From NCBI GenBank assembly GCA_041480925.1, contig JBGPAV010000001.1, positions 1 through 33,494 on the forward strand: a stretch of DNA of 33,494 bases, read 5' to 3'. The notes under the pieces are model-generated. The model saw only the letters and a list, made by a program, of their open reading frames with translations, searched no databases and had not been told where the DNA came from. Every line of letters starts with the position of its first letter. Positions within the stretch are counted from its first letter, which is position 1. The position numbers and the translations under genes were made by a program. Shown here one piece after another: positions 1-9,436 of this stretch. This DNA is from Candidatus Bathyarchaeia archaeon. Its GTDB lineage: Archaea > Thermoproteota > Bathyarchaeia > Bathyarchaeales > Bathycorpusculaceae.

Positions 1-1
1 A

Positions 2-205
2 CTGTTCAAGAACGTGTCCGATTTCAACGAAAGAATGACTCGTTACCAAGTGGAACACATTGCCGGAGAAAAAGGTTCCAGAACTCGCTACATTCCGCCA
101 AAATGCGATACGCTCAAAACGCACAGTGTATGCATAAACCCAGATGATCTATGCGGAAGAATATACCATCCCTTAACCTATTATCGGAGAAAGTTGAAAG
201 CCTAG
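2..205 (+). CDS. priL: DNA primase large subunit PriL, C-terminal Fe-S domain (5' partial, runs off the window start)
   Basis: The frame is open from the window edge. TRYQVEHIAGEKG..YIPPKC..C..C..YHPLTYY matches the conserved PriL C-terminal cysteine-cluster region. Confidence 0.75.
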   Translation: MFKNVSDFNERMTRYQVEHIAGEKGSRTRYIPPKCDTLKTHSVCINPDDLCGRIYHPLTYYRRKLKA

Positions 206-301
206 ACAGTTAGCTCTATCAGATGACGCTAATGGAGTAGTAGCTTTTATATAGCAAGTGCGAATAAGTGAACCCTTAACTTTAAGGGTGAAACAGCAAT
301 A

Positions 302-1045
302 ATGCATCGTTCTCCGATCGAGGGAAACCTCGAAGTCAATTCAGACACTGGGGTGCTCCTTCCAACATACTGCGAAGCAGCAAACATAGAAAAGCTGATC
401 CAAGAGATCGAAAATTTAGGCCTTAACATATCCATAATGGTTATAGATGATTCAAGCCCAGACCATACAGCAGATATGGTGAGAAAGCTTCAAACAAAAC
501 ATGAAAATCTTTTGCTTGTTGTAAGACCACGGAAGTCTGGACTAGGAACTGCAATAACAGACGGGTTTAGGGCTTTCTTATCTCTCAAGAACCCTCCAAA
601 GCACATTATCACAATGGATGCAGATTTTTCGCACAATCCGAAAGAAATACCAAAACTGATAGCACCAGTTCAAACTGAATGCGATCTTGTCGTTGGTAGC
701 AGGTACCGGAAAGGAGGCGGCACAAAAGACTGGAGTGTGACGCGTTTAGCAATAAGCAAGATAGCGAACCTAATCACAAAAGTAAAGATTGACGCTGGAA
801 TACATGATTATACTAGCGGAATGCGATGCTACTCTACAAAACTTGTGAGAAGCATGATAAACGATTTGCATAGTCAAACTTACGAGATACAGATTGAAAC
901 AATCAGACAAGCTAACTTGCGGAGATTCAAAATAAAAGAGATACCTATAATATTCATCAACCGAAAGAAAGGAAAATCGAAACTGTCCATCAATGAGATA
1001 AGAGATTTTCTTTCCTACATCTTGTCCATCGACCGTAGATGTTAA
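302..1045 (+). CDS. GT2 glycosyltransferase, dolichyl/polyprenyl-phosphate mannose synthase-like
   Basis: VIDDSSPDHT, TMDADFSHNP (DxD) and VVGSRY..GG..W..R motifs are typical of Dpm1-type GT2 enzymes. Confidence 0.8.
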   Translation: MHRSPIEGNLEVNSDTGVLLPTYCEAANIEKLIQEIENLGLNISIMVIDDSSPDHTADMVRKLQTKHENLLLVVRPRKSGLGTAITDGFRAFLSLKNPPKHIITMDADFSHNPKEIPKLIAPVQTECDLVVGSRYRKGGGTKDWSVTRLAISKIANLITKVKIDAGIHDYTSGMRCYSTKLVRSMINDLHSQTYEIQIETIRQANLRRFKIKEIPIIFINRKKGKSKLSINEIRDFLSYILSIDRRC

Positions 1046-1053
1046 CTCTGCAG

Positions 1054-1077
1054 TTTTTTTTGATAAGAATCTTTTTT
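1054..1077 (+). terminator. Oligo-T tracts (T8 and T6) just after the GT2 stop, a candidate archaeal terminator
   Basis: T8 lies at 1054-1061 and T6 at 1072-1077, immediately downstream of TAA 1043-1045. Confidence 0.4.
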
Positions 1078-1122
1078 GCACTAATCCGAATTCCCCAAAA
1101 AGGATCCTTATGAGTTGAGAAC

Positions 1123-3171
1123 GTGGCCATGAGCCAACTGAGAGAGCATTTCAAAAAAGCAAATCTTGAAAGAATAGAGAAAATTCTAACGCTCAAAACA
1201 TTCAAAATCGAGTTAAGTTGGTTCCTCGTTGGGTTAGCTATAGGCGTCTATACCATCATCTTCTCTTATTTTACGATAATGAAACACTACGAATTCAGGA
1301 GCTACGCTTGGGACTTCGGCATTTTCAACCAATCATTCTGGACCACACTCTATGAGGGTAGGTTTTTCTATAACAACGTCGAGTTGCTTGTAAACCCCTC
1401 TGGAAGTTTTTTCGGAATACACTTCAGCCCGATTCTCTTTTTGATATTGCCTATTTACGCCTTGTATTCTGCCCCACAGACTTTGCTAATATTCCAATCT
1501 TTTGTGCTAGCTTTGGGAGCGTTACCGTTATTTAAGCTGACGTTGCGTGTCGTGAAATACAGAGTTGTCGGTCTTCTTTTCGTGTTCGCTTATTTGCTCT
1601 ACCCACCCCTTCAAGGGATAAATTGGTTCGATTTTCATGTACAAAGCTTTTTGCCTCTTTTCTTCCTTTCAGCAATGTACTTCCTTGAGAAAAAAGATTG
1701 GAAGTACTACCTTCTCTTCGTTGTTCTTGCCCTCATGTGCGAAGAGCACGCGACATTTGTGGTGTTGTTTCTAGGATTGTTTGTAGCCTTCCAGTATAAG
1801 GCAAGAATAATCTCCGCTCTTAGGAATAGAAATTTGAGGGAAACGCCTCTTTTGATTTCAGTAACAACTGTCATGTTGTCCGTAGCTTGGTATTTTATGA
1901 CTGTGAGAATACGGAACACCTTTTTTCCAGTTAATCCTGCTTTTCTCTCCAGTTTTCAAGCTTCTTCAAACTGGAGTGTTTTAGGAGTCGCAGATCCAAT
2001 GATGATCCCCCTACACATAATCTTCTATCCGCTTCAAGCTATTCTTGCTTTGAGCTATGATTCGCTGCTCAAGATCAGTTACATAGTAATCCTTTTTGCG
2101 CCTCTTGCTTTCCGATCTTTTTTCAAAATGCGATATCTTTTGCCTATTGTCCCATGGTTTTTCTATGGATTATTTTCCAATTATCAGCCTTATTACGTTA
2201 TTTTTAACCAGTACCCCGCATATGTGATATCCTTCATTTTCGTCGCGGCCGTATACGCAATTTGTGACAATAAGATGCCTTCACTTAAAGCACTTAGAAA
2301 ATATTTGCTGGTAATTGTCCTTTTCAGTGTGTTGTCTTTTGCATTTGTGTCACCATTGAGCCCTATTGTCACAATGTTATCTGATAGCGGATTGAAACCG
2401 ATAACTCCGCGCGATCAATTAATACATGAGATCTTGGCGTATGTACCTCCTAACGCATCCATTATTACGCATAACAATCTTTTTCCGCATGTTTCAAGCA
2501 GGATCAATGCGTATGTAGCGCCAACAATTGGCCCGATATGGAATGGAAATCCGTCTGAGTGCAGACGCTTTACGGATGAGATTCTTGCGAAGGTTGATTT
2601 TGTGCTCGTAGACATTAAGTCGGATCCGTTTGCCGGTAGTGTAGTTTTCTCTCTTATGCAGGAAAATCATGGGTTTAGAGCTTTCGTTTCTGCTGACGGT
2701 GTAATCCTATTCAAGAAAAACTACACTGGCAATGTTAGGATACTGGTTCCATACTACGTAAGATACGACTACACGGTTCTTAGTCTTTACTGTGGGGAGA
2801 TTACGGAGACTCCAAACTCAATGAGTCGCTTTGTTCTGTACTTCAATGGATCACTTGGGTCCTCACCTCTGTTTTGGCATGGTCCACGAAGCCTCTTGCC
2901 ACCAGGTAAGTACAACGTAACCTTAAGGCTTAAAATCAATGGAACCGGCGAGATGTTCACGACAAACATTTGCTCAAACAACGGGCAGAATGTTCTAGCT
3001 TCTGAGACGTTTTCTGCAGGTAATTACACCAGAGTGTCTGTGTGGTCAAATTATACGTTCACTCTGATTCTTGATAAACCTCTCATGGATTTTGAGATCA
3101 GAACAATCAACCTCTCAGATCAAGCTGACGTCTTTCTTGATTATATAGATGTGAGACAAATCGATTCTTAG
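1123..3171 (+). CDS. Polytopic membrane protein of the DUF2079 type (GT-C-like) with a large sequon-rich C-terminal extracytoplasmic domain
   Basis: YAWDFGIFNQSFWTT lies near the first loop and is followed by many hydrophobic helices. The soluble C-terminal ~230 aa carry several N-x-S/T sequons. The start is either GTG 1123 or ATG 1129. Confidence 0.65.
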   Translation: MAMSQLREHFKKANLERIEKILTLKTFKIELSWFLVGLAIGVYTIIFSYFTIMKHYEFRSYAWDFGIFNQSFWTTLYEGRFFYNNVELLVNPSGSFFGIHFSPILFLILPIYALYSAPQTLLIFQSFVLALGALPLFKLTLRVVKYRVVGLLFVFAYLLYPPLQGINWFDFHVQSFLPLFFLSAMYFLEKKDWKYYLLFVVLALMCEEHATFVVLFLGLFVAFQYKARIISALRNRNLRETPLLISVTTVMLSVAWYFMTVRIRNTFFPVNPAFLSSFQASSNWSVLGVADPMMIPLHIIFYPLQAILALSYDSLLKISYIVILFAPLAFRSFFKMRYLLPIVPWFFYGLFSNYQPYYVIFNQYPAYVISFIFVAAVYAICDNKMPSLKALRKYLLVIVLFSVLSFAFVSPLSPIVTMLSDSGLKPITPRDQLIHEILAYVPPNASIITHNNLFPHVSSRINAYVAPTIGPIWNGNPSECRRFTDEILAKVDFVLVDIKSDPFAGSVVFSLMQENHGFRAFVSADGVILFKKNYTGNVRILVPYYVRYDYTVLSLYCGEITETPNSMSRFVLYFNGSLGSSPLFWHGPRSLLPPGKYNVTLRLKINGTGEMFTTNICSNNGQNVLASETFSAGNYTRVSVWSNYTFTLILDKPLMDFEIRTINLSDQADVFLDYIDVRQIDS

Positions 3172-3623
3172 AATGCCGAAGCTGTAACTTTATAGACTGT
3201 TTCTGTAGATCATGCTTTGTATGTTCAATGGTTTTAGAGTCCGGTTTTCTCAGGGAATGTAGGAACTCCTACAAAGCGTAGACTATACCCGATAGTAGTG
3301 ATTCATACGTTTATGGTTTGCAGCTATCTCTGGTCTTGTCTTCATTGATTTCGGAAAAGTCAGAATAACAATCATCACGTATAGAAAATAATACTAGGGA
3401 GCGCAGAAAGGGAAATAAATGAAAATCGTTGCAGTGAATAGCCGTCCTAATTCGTTTAGTGGTGATGAGAGGCTTTAGGAGCTTTGGTTTTTAGGTCGAA
3501 CGTGTGATGAGACCAGACAAGCTGTAGGATCATCAGAAAGGCTTATGGCTTTAAGCGAAGCTAGTATCCATCCTAATTCATTGGAAGTGAAGAAGAGTAT
3601 CTCCTAAGGCAGATGAAGCTGGG

Positions 3624-4775
3624 ATGAGTGTCGCTCTATCACATTTGTCTCTGAACTTTCTAGGCGGAGAAGAGAAACTTTGTTTGTCATTCATCGAAGC
3701 TCTGCACTCAAGTGGCTATCAAGTCGCACTGCATACAGTTGAAAAGACTGATTGGGCCTCTGTGAGAAGATTCTTCGGCAAAATAACAAAACCTGACCGT
3801 GAGGTCTACGCCACATCTTCAGCAGTTCATGCGAGCTTTTTCAAAACTCCAAATCTGATTATGGCCTACGCCCGTTATCTCGGGAGATTGGTTAAACTTG
3901 CATCTGAAGAGAAATATGATGTAATCATAAACACTTATGGAGATTTGATTAACTCCATTGCTGATGTATCATATGTCCATTTTCCCATAATAGCTACTGT
4001 TGATTATCCTCAGACTCCAGCTTTCACGTCGCCGTTTAAATGGAAGGCGTACTGCAGAATATATAGTATAGCAGCGACATTCTTGGATAGCGTCAGACCT
4101 AGCTTTCTTCTAACGAATTCAAAGTTTACTCAGCAAGTGATAAGCAAGTATTTGAAACGGGAGGCACTTGTCCTGCACCCACCAGTTGATGTGCAAGCCT
4201 ATGCAAGCAACAAAGTCAAGCGTGAAAACCTTGTTATAACGGTCTCGAAATTCACTCCGAAGAGAATGTTGCACAGAATTCCATTGATAGCTATGAATAC
4301 TAAGAACGCGAAATTCATGATTGTTGGCGTAGCAGACGAATACTCATCTAAAACAATTCAAGACCTTAATGGACTAATAGAAAAATGCAAGGTCAAGGAC
4401 AAGGTTACACTCTACCCTAACGTTCCGCGTTCAACATTGATCAAATTGCTAACGACTGCGAAAGTGTATTTGCATGTAATGACCTCGGATCACTTCGGCA
4501 TATCAATCATTGAAGCTATGGCTGCTGGATGCGCACCAATCGTACATAAGTCTGGAGGACCATGGCTTGACATTCTCGATCAACAACAGGGGAAAACAGG
4601 TTTCTCCTATTCGACAGTCGAAGAAGCTGCCAGGCTCATAGACATCATTATGTCTGACGAAAGTCTATGGCGAAAACTATCTTTCACCTCACGCAAGCGA
4701 TCAGAAGACTATAGTGATCAAGAGTTTCAAAAAAAGTTAAATGTTATTGTGAGAAAACTATCTTCTTCACATTAG
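3624..4775 (+). CDS. GT4 (group 1) glycosyltransferase
   Basis: The N-terminus SLNFLGGEEK and the C-terminal FGISIIEAMAAGCAPIV..SGGP (E-x7-E region) are GT4 hallmarks. Confidence 0.8.
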   Translation: MSVALSHLSLNFLGGEEKLCLSFIEALHSSGYQVALHTVEKTDWASVRRFFGKITKPDREVYATSSAVHASFFKTPNLIMAYARYLGRLVKLASEEKYDVIINTYGDLINSIADVSYVHFPIIATVDYPQTPAFTSPFKWKAYCRIYSIAATFLDSVRPSFLLTNSKFTQQVISKYLKREALVLHPPVDVQAYASNKVKRENLVITVSKFTPKRMLHRIPLIAMNTKNAKFMIVGVADEYSSKTIQDLNGLIEKCKVKDKVTLYPNVPRSTLIKLLTTAKVYLHVMTSDHFGISIIEAMAAGCAPIVHKSGGPWLDILDQQQGKTGFSYSTVEEAARLIDIIMSDESLWRKLSFTSRKRSEDYSDQEFQKKLNVIVRKLSSSH

Positions 4776-4786
4776 GCGATTTAACC

Positions 4787-5491
4787 ATGACCGACCTTTA
4801 TGAATGGGTCACGAAAACCTTCACCTTGCGGAACAAACGAGATCTTGAAGAAATGCAGACAGATGCAAGAAAGGCTACGTCCGCAAACGCTTTCTCTTGG
4901 ATAATAAAGGGAAATATAACAATGGAATTTGCGGATGATGCTAAAGAGATTTTGGATGTTGGATGTGGTTGGGGGAGAGAATTAATAAGGCTTGAAGATG
5001 CAGTGGGAGTCGATATTTGTCTTCCTTTTTTGAAGACAGCTAGAAACTACACGAGAAACACTGTAACACTAGCTGATGCTCACTACTTGCCGTTTCGAGA
5101 TGGTTCTTTTGACTTTGTCGTGATTAGTGAAGTTGTCGAACACATGGAGCAACCCATGAGGGTCATGAACGAGCTGAAGCGAGTGCTAAAACCAAAAGGG
5201 AGATTGTTAATCCAAACGCCCAACAGGCTTTTGACACTTGGAAAGTTCATATCTTCCAAAAAGTGTGGACACGTTCACGAATTTACATACACGGAACTGA
5301 AAAATCTGCTTGAATTTCTGGGTTTCAAAATTCGTCAACGCACTGGTTCCACAATACCCTACATCCCTTCTACAAGCAGATTCGAGAAGTTAAACCGTAA
5401 TGCTCTGTTTTTTTCTCTTTGGAAATTCCTAGACAAGATGATACCTCTGAAATGGGATATCATAGTCCTAAGTGTGCTTGAGAAAGTTTAA
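4787..5491 (+). CDS. Class I SAM-dependent methyltransferase
   Basis: ILDVGCGWGREL (motif I), FDFVVISEVVEH and LKPKGRLLIQTPN. Confidence 0.8.
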   Translation: MTDLYEWVTKTFTLRNKRDLEEMQTDARKATSANAFSWIIKGNITMEFADDAKEILDVGCGWGRELIRLEDAVGVDICLPFLKTARNYTRNTVTLADAHYLPFRDGSFDFVVISEVVEHMEQPMRVMNELKRVLKPKGRLLIQTPNRLLTLGKFISSKKCGHVHEFTYTELKNLLEFLGFKIRQRTGSTIPYIPSTSRFEKLNRNALFFSLWKFLDKMIPLKWDIIVLSVLEKV

Positions 5492-5537
5492 AAAGATATG
5501 AGTCCTAGAACCTTTACCAAACAAAAACTGGTCTTGC

Positions 5538-6341
5538 TTGTGTCTCTTGCAGAATGGAGATTGGAGTCTGAAAAGGGTGTTGATTGAAGATACCCCGCAA
5601 ATATCAGTAGTCGTTCCCACGTTAAATGAGGAGAAACACATTCGATTTCTGTTGAAATCTATTGAAGACCAGTTTCCGGTGATTAGTGAAATCGTGATTG
5701 TTGACGGCGGAAGCAAAGATAAAACAACAGATATCGTATGTCAACCTGCAGCAAGAATCATTGTACTGCCTGGACATGGGGAATTCATTTCCCGGAATAT
5801 TGGCGCGAAAATGGCGAAAGGCGACTTGCTGCTTTTCACATGCGCCGACATAATCTTTCCAACTGATCTATTTCAAAAGGTAATCGATAAGTTCGAGAAC
5901 AATCCAAGCCTTATCGCGCTAACTGGTCCAGGATATCCGTTTGATGCTCCCACATTCGGCAAAATAGAGTATACCGTCTACAACCTTCTCAGGTATCTTT
6001 TTGCCAAACTTCCTGGTCGCCTCAAGAGATTTTCAACTAGCACAAATTTCCTTGTTGTGCGGAGAGACTACTTTGAGAAGGCCGGAGGCTTCATCACAGA
6101 TGACATTAACGCTGACGGTCTGATGGGCAAAAAGCTTCTGGAATTAGGCAATGTCGCTTTCTTCTTGGATACACCCATCTACCTATCCGCCAGACGCATG
6201 AAAAAGATGGGCTTCCTAGAGTTCAACAAGCATTATCTCTATGTTCTTGAGAACTTTCTTTTCTTCTCCTCTGAAACCGGACTAGTAAAAGCCGTAAAAC
6301 ACAAATCGAAGAGTAAACATCGCAAGATGCGTGAGAAGTAA
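5538..6341 (+). CDS. GT2 glycosyltransferase
   Basis: ISVVVPTLNEEKHI and VDGGSKDKT motifs. The start is uncertain: TTG 5538, or a GTG about 13 codons downstream. Confidence 0.75.
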   Translation: MCLLQNGDWSLKRVLIEDTPQISVVVPTLNEEKHIRFLLKSIEDQFPVISEIVIVDGGSKDKTTDIVCQPAARIIVLPGHGEFISRNIGAKMAKGDLLLFTCADIIFPTDLFQKVIDKFENNPSLIALTGPGYPFDAPTFGKIEYTVYNLLRYLFAKLPGRLKRFSTSTNFLVVRRDYFEKAGGFITDDINADGLMGKKLLELGNVAFFLDTPIYLSARRMKKMGFLEFNKHYLYVLENFLFFSSETGLVKAVKHKSKSKHRKMREK

Positions 6342-6407
6342 TTATCCTGTCATTTTGGGAAAAACGATTTTACCTTCAAACATGTTCCACTATAAGCAGG
6401 GAAGCCG

Positions 6408-7652
6408 TTGATTTCCAAAGAATTCATAGAAAAGGCGTTCTGTTTTTACTACGAAAGGAACTGCTCATCAATAATCGCTCCAGCTATGATTGAAAAGCGT
6501 GAGTTCGGGTTTGTCTTACGCAAACAGGGAATGGCACGTCACAAGGGTTTTCGAAGTGAGGATGAGCTCAAGCATTTCCTGCATGAATCTGCACCAGCTG
6601 ATGCTTATTATTCATGTGCTTATTATGCTGATCCTGAAGCTGAAATGGAGAAAAAAGGCTGGATCGGCGCTGATCTTGTCTTTGACATTGACGCTGATCA
6701 CATCCCCACGACCTGTGGGAAAGTACATGACGAGTGGACATGTGGCGTCTGTGGTTTTGTCGGCAAAGGCATAACACCTGAAGAATGCCCTACTTGTGGC
6801 GGTCAGAAGTTTGGGGTCAAAACTTGGCCCTGTGAAGAATGTCTAGAATCTGCAAAAACTGAAACCATCAAGCTTTTGGACATGTTGCAAAAAGATTTTG
6901 GTTTCTCACAAAATGACACACATGCTTTCTTCTCTGGGCATCGTGGATATCATGTTCACGTTGAAAATGAAGTTGTAATGAACCTTGATTCTATGGCACG
7001 TAAGGAAATTGTGGATTATGTTTGTGGAATAGGCCTGAACACAGGTTTTGGCAAATCTGCTGCAAAAAGTATTAGTAAACAACGTTTTCCAAACAGTCCA
7101 CGATCGGGTGATCTGGGGTGGCGCGGGCGCCTTGCCACAAGCATGTATGATTTTATTCTAAAAGGTGAGGTCGACGATTACAGAAAAATAGGGTTAGGAC
7201 AAGATGCTTTCGAAACGATTAAGAAGAATAGAGATACGTTGTTAAGAAATTGGAACGATGTAGGTCCTTATCAAGCTACTAAAGACGTCGGTTTTGAGAC
7301 ATGGAGGAAAATAGTCGAATCTCGTGTTGAGATGTTGTCTGCCAATATTGACACTGTGGTTACTACTGATATCCATCGCCTGATTAGACTGACTGGCGCG
7401 CTACATGGAAAAACTGGACTGAAGAAAATAGAGTGCCCAATTTCTAATATTCAAGCTTTTGATCCGTTCAAAAATGCAGTAGCCTTTAAAGAGGGAGCCG
7501 CAACTGTTTCTGTTTCAAACGTGCCGGAGTTCAGACTTGGCGAGGAGATATTTGGTCCTTTCAAGAATCAAAAAGTCGAATTGCCAACGGCGGCGGCAGT
7601 GTTGATCGTTTGCAAGGGAAGAGGAGAGGTCGTAGATTACAATGTACAATGA
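6408..7652 (+). CDS. priS: DNA primase small (catalytic) subunit PriS
   Basis: DLVFDIDADH catalytic acidic motif, Zn knuckle CGVCGF..CPTCGG, and SGHRGYHVHV. The start is TTG. The 3' end overlaps the next gene by 11 nt. Confidence 0.9.
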   Translation: MISKEFIEKAFCFYYERNCSSIIAPAMIEKREFGFVLRKQGMARHKGFRSEDELKHFLHESAPADAYYSCAYYADPEAEMEKKGWIGADLVFDIDADHIPTTCGKVHDEWTCGVCGFVGKGITPEECPTCGGQKFGVKTWPCEECLESAKTETIKLLDMLQKDFGFSQNDTHAFFSGHRGYHVHVENEVVMNLDSMARKEIVDYVCGIGLNTGFGKSAAKSISKQRFPNSPRSGDLGWRGRLATSMYDFILKGEVDDYRKIGLGQDAFETIKKNRDTLLRNWNDVGPYQATKDVGFETWRKIVESRVEMLSANIDTVVTTDIHRLIRLTGALHGKTGLKKIECPISNIQAFDPFKNAVAFKEGAATVSVSNVPEFRLGEEIFGPFKNQKVELPTAAAVLIVCKGRGEVVDYNVQ

Positions 7653-8187
7653 GCTGTATGACGCTTGGATGCGCGAACTTCAGAATCCAGAATTGGAAAA
7701 ACTTCCTTCTGACTTCTATTCCAATGCTGCAAAATACTTGAAGAAGTTGAAAGAAGAGGGAAGAATGCTTGACAAACGAACTGTAAAAGCGAGACTACTC
7801 CGAATTGAAGGACAGAACGTAAAGCGCATGCTTCATGAACTGATTAAAACACGATACAAGAAGTTGCTGAGAAAAACGTCAGAAGGATACAAGATCCCGG
7901 ATGATACTTTGGCGGCTGAAGAAGTAAAGCTCCTCTCTGGTTTCTCGCCGCTGATCGAATCATATCAGGCTTTTGCCAAAGGCCTGTTGCAAGGGCAACT
8001 TTTGCAGATTGATGCCAAATGTGAGCAAAAAAACGCTGTGTTGCGCTTTCTGAAGGATGTCCCTGCCATTGTTGGCTCAGACATGAAGCCATATGGGCCC
8101 TTCAAGGTTGAAGATGTTGCTTCAGTGCCTATTGAAAATGCCAAGATCTTAGTCAAACAAAGTTTAGCTGAGAAAGTTGAAGGTTAG
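7642..8187 (+). CDS. gins51: GINS subunit Gins51 (Gins15 type: A domain then B domain)
   Basis: N-terminal LPSDFY...helical A domain, followed by the C-terminal small beta B domain (VLRFLKDVPAIVG..YGPF). It is translationally coupled to priS, as in Sulfolobus. Confidence 0.7.
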   Translation: MYNELYDAWMRELQNPELEKLPSDFYSNAAKYLKKLKEEGRMLDKRTVKARLLRIEGQNVKRMLHELIKTRYKKLLRKTSEGYKIPDDTLAAEEVKLLSGFSPLIESYQAFAKGLLQGQLLQIDAKCEQKNAVLRFLKDVPAIVGSDMKPYGPFKVEDVASVPIENAKILVKQSLAEKVEG

Positions 8188-9237
8188 CTAAGAAATCGGT
8201 TTTGGAAAATTCCTAGGTTTGCTTTTTCTCTTGTTCCTGAGCCAGTTTGAGAGAATCTGGATTCCGACTATTATTAGTGGGTAGCAGACGATCCATGTAA
8301 TCGAATATAATTGGCCATAGAAATTATGGAACTCGCTAACTTGAACTGATCCCATGCCATAGGTTGCTCCCAGCAGGAAGATTGAGACTATTCTCAAGGC
8401 ATTAATGAAATATGTGACCACGGCTCCAACGGCGAAGAGCACTATTTTTTGCCAAAGACGCATCCCATTGTTTTTCAGAAAGAGAAGAATCGTCACAGAA
8501 TATATCAGGAGGCTGTCAATGCCTGAACATGGCCAAGCTATAAGGAATGATGTTCTTTTCCCCAGAGAATCTTTGATCTCAAGTGATGTTATAGAGCCAT
8601 AGATCGGATGTCTTTCAATGAAGGTCAGTTTAGGTATATACCCCATCATGCCCAGCATCATAGCGGCAAGCATGGAAGTTGCGGGAACAAGAAATTGCAA
8701 TGGTGCGAATCTTCCGAAGGGGTACAACGTGTCTGTTGTGTAGATCAGCCCGATAACGCCCAAGAAGAATACAGATATAGCACTGTTCGAAAGTCCTTCG
8801 AATCCATATTCAAGAAAAATCAGTAACGCAAACAGAATCGTGAAAACGAGGTACTCCACTGAAAGTGGCACACACCAAATGGCGTCAGGCCAGACGCTGC
8901 TCATCCGAGCAAAATCCATTATAGCTGTATTCAATCCATAATAATTTGCGGCTATCACGTATAGTGTGGGAACAAGCAGGACTGCGACAAAGACTATGGT
9001 TCTTATTGACGCTTTCTTGGTCAATTTTGTCCTACTGATCTTTTCCCAGTTCACTATTGCTTCCAAAGTGACTATCCAAAGAAAGAACAAGTAGAATGTT
9101 CTGCCTTTCCATGTGACTTCGAATGATTTTGGGTCAAGGTAGTATAATATTGCGAACGGTATGATGAGCGAGAAAAGCGGTATGAACCTCATTAAGGCAT
9201 TGCCGAGCTTATTGGTCCTAGGTTCAGCGTTCCCCAT
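8188..9237 (-). CDS. Archaeosortase/exosortase-family transpeptidase
   Basis: A polytopic membrane protein with the catalytic-type motifs AWPCSGIDSL (Cys) and INALRIVS (Arg). The subtype is not assignable by eye. Confidence 0.75.
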   Translation of the reverse strand: MGNAEPRTNKLGNALMRFIPLFSLIIPFAILYYLDPKSFEVTWKGRTFYLFFLWIVTLEAIVNWEKISRTKLTKKASIRTIVFVAVLLVPTLYVIAANYYGLNTAIMDFARMSSVWPDAIWCVPLSVEYLVFTILFALLIFLEYGFEGLSNSAISVFFLGVIGLIYTTDTLYPFGRFAPLQFLVPATSMLAAMMLGMMGYIPKLTFIERHPIYGSITSLEIKDSLGKRTSFLIAWPCSGIDSLLIYSVTILLFLKNNGMRLWQKIVLFAVGAVVTYFINALRIVSIFLLGATYGMGSVQVSEFHNFYGQLYSITWIVCYPLIIVGIQILSNWLRNKRKSKPRNFPKPIS

Positions 9238-9436
9238 TCAGTAGCCTCTGTTTGCTCTTGTTTTGCCGGGTGTGTTTCTCCTAATTCATGTTGCCGTAGT
9301 ATTTATTGATAGCAGTTGCTTGTTTCAGCTCTGCGAATGGATTCTTGTAACGCTTAGATTCGGTAGATGAACTTTGGCAAGCGAAAAAGTATAAGAACGT
9401 GTGTGTTTTCTTTATGGAAAGCTGGTAGTGTCAGAA

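Noticed and set aside
3222-3232. The 11-mer TGTTCAATGGT is identical to the left edge of element A (20260-20270).
   Set aside because: It is a single isolated match without the TGTACAT pair. Given the number of 11-mers in the elements and the window size, a chance match is plausible.
3461-3540. A possible C/D box sRNA, suggested by two RUGAUGA-like boxes (GTGATGA at about 3461 and TGTGATGA at about 3502).
   Set aside because: No CTGA D or D' boxes occur at the required spacing downstream of either C-like box.
6490-6777. ORFs 6490-6774 (+) and 6568-6777 (-) within priS. Similar shadow ORFs occur inside the gdh, gltS-like, rfc, glyA and surface-protein genes.
   Set aside because: They overlap well-supported genes, carry no recognisable motifs and have odd composition.
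9401-9436. The track's start for L44e (MCFLYGKLVVSE...), and likewise 9714 for S27e.
   Set aside because: The conserved L44e and S27e proteins begin at the downstream GTG 9437 and ATG 9735. The extra residues have no counterpart in these families.
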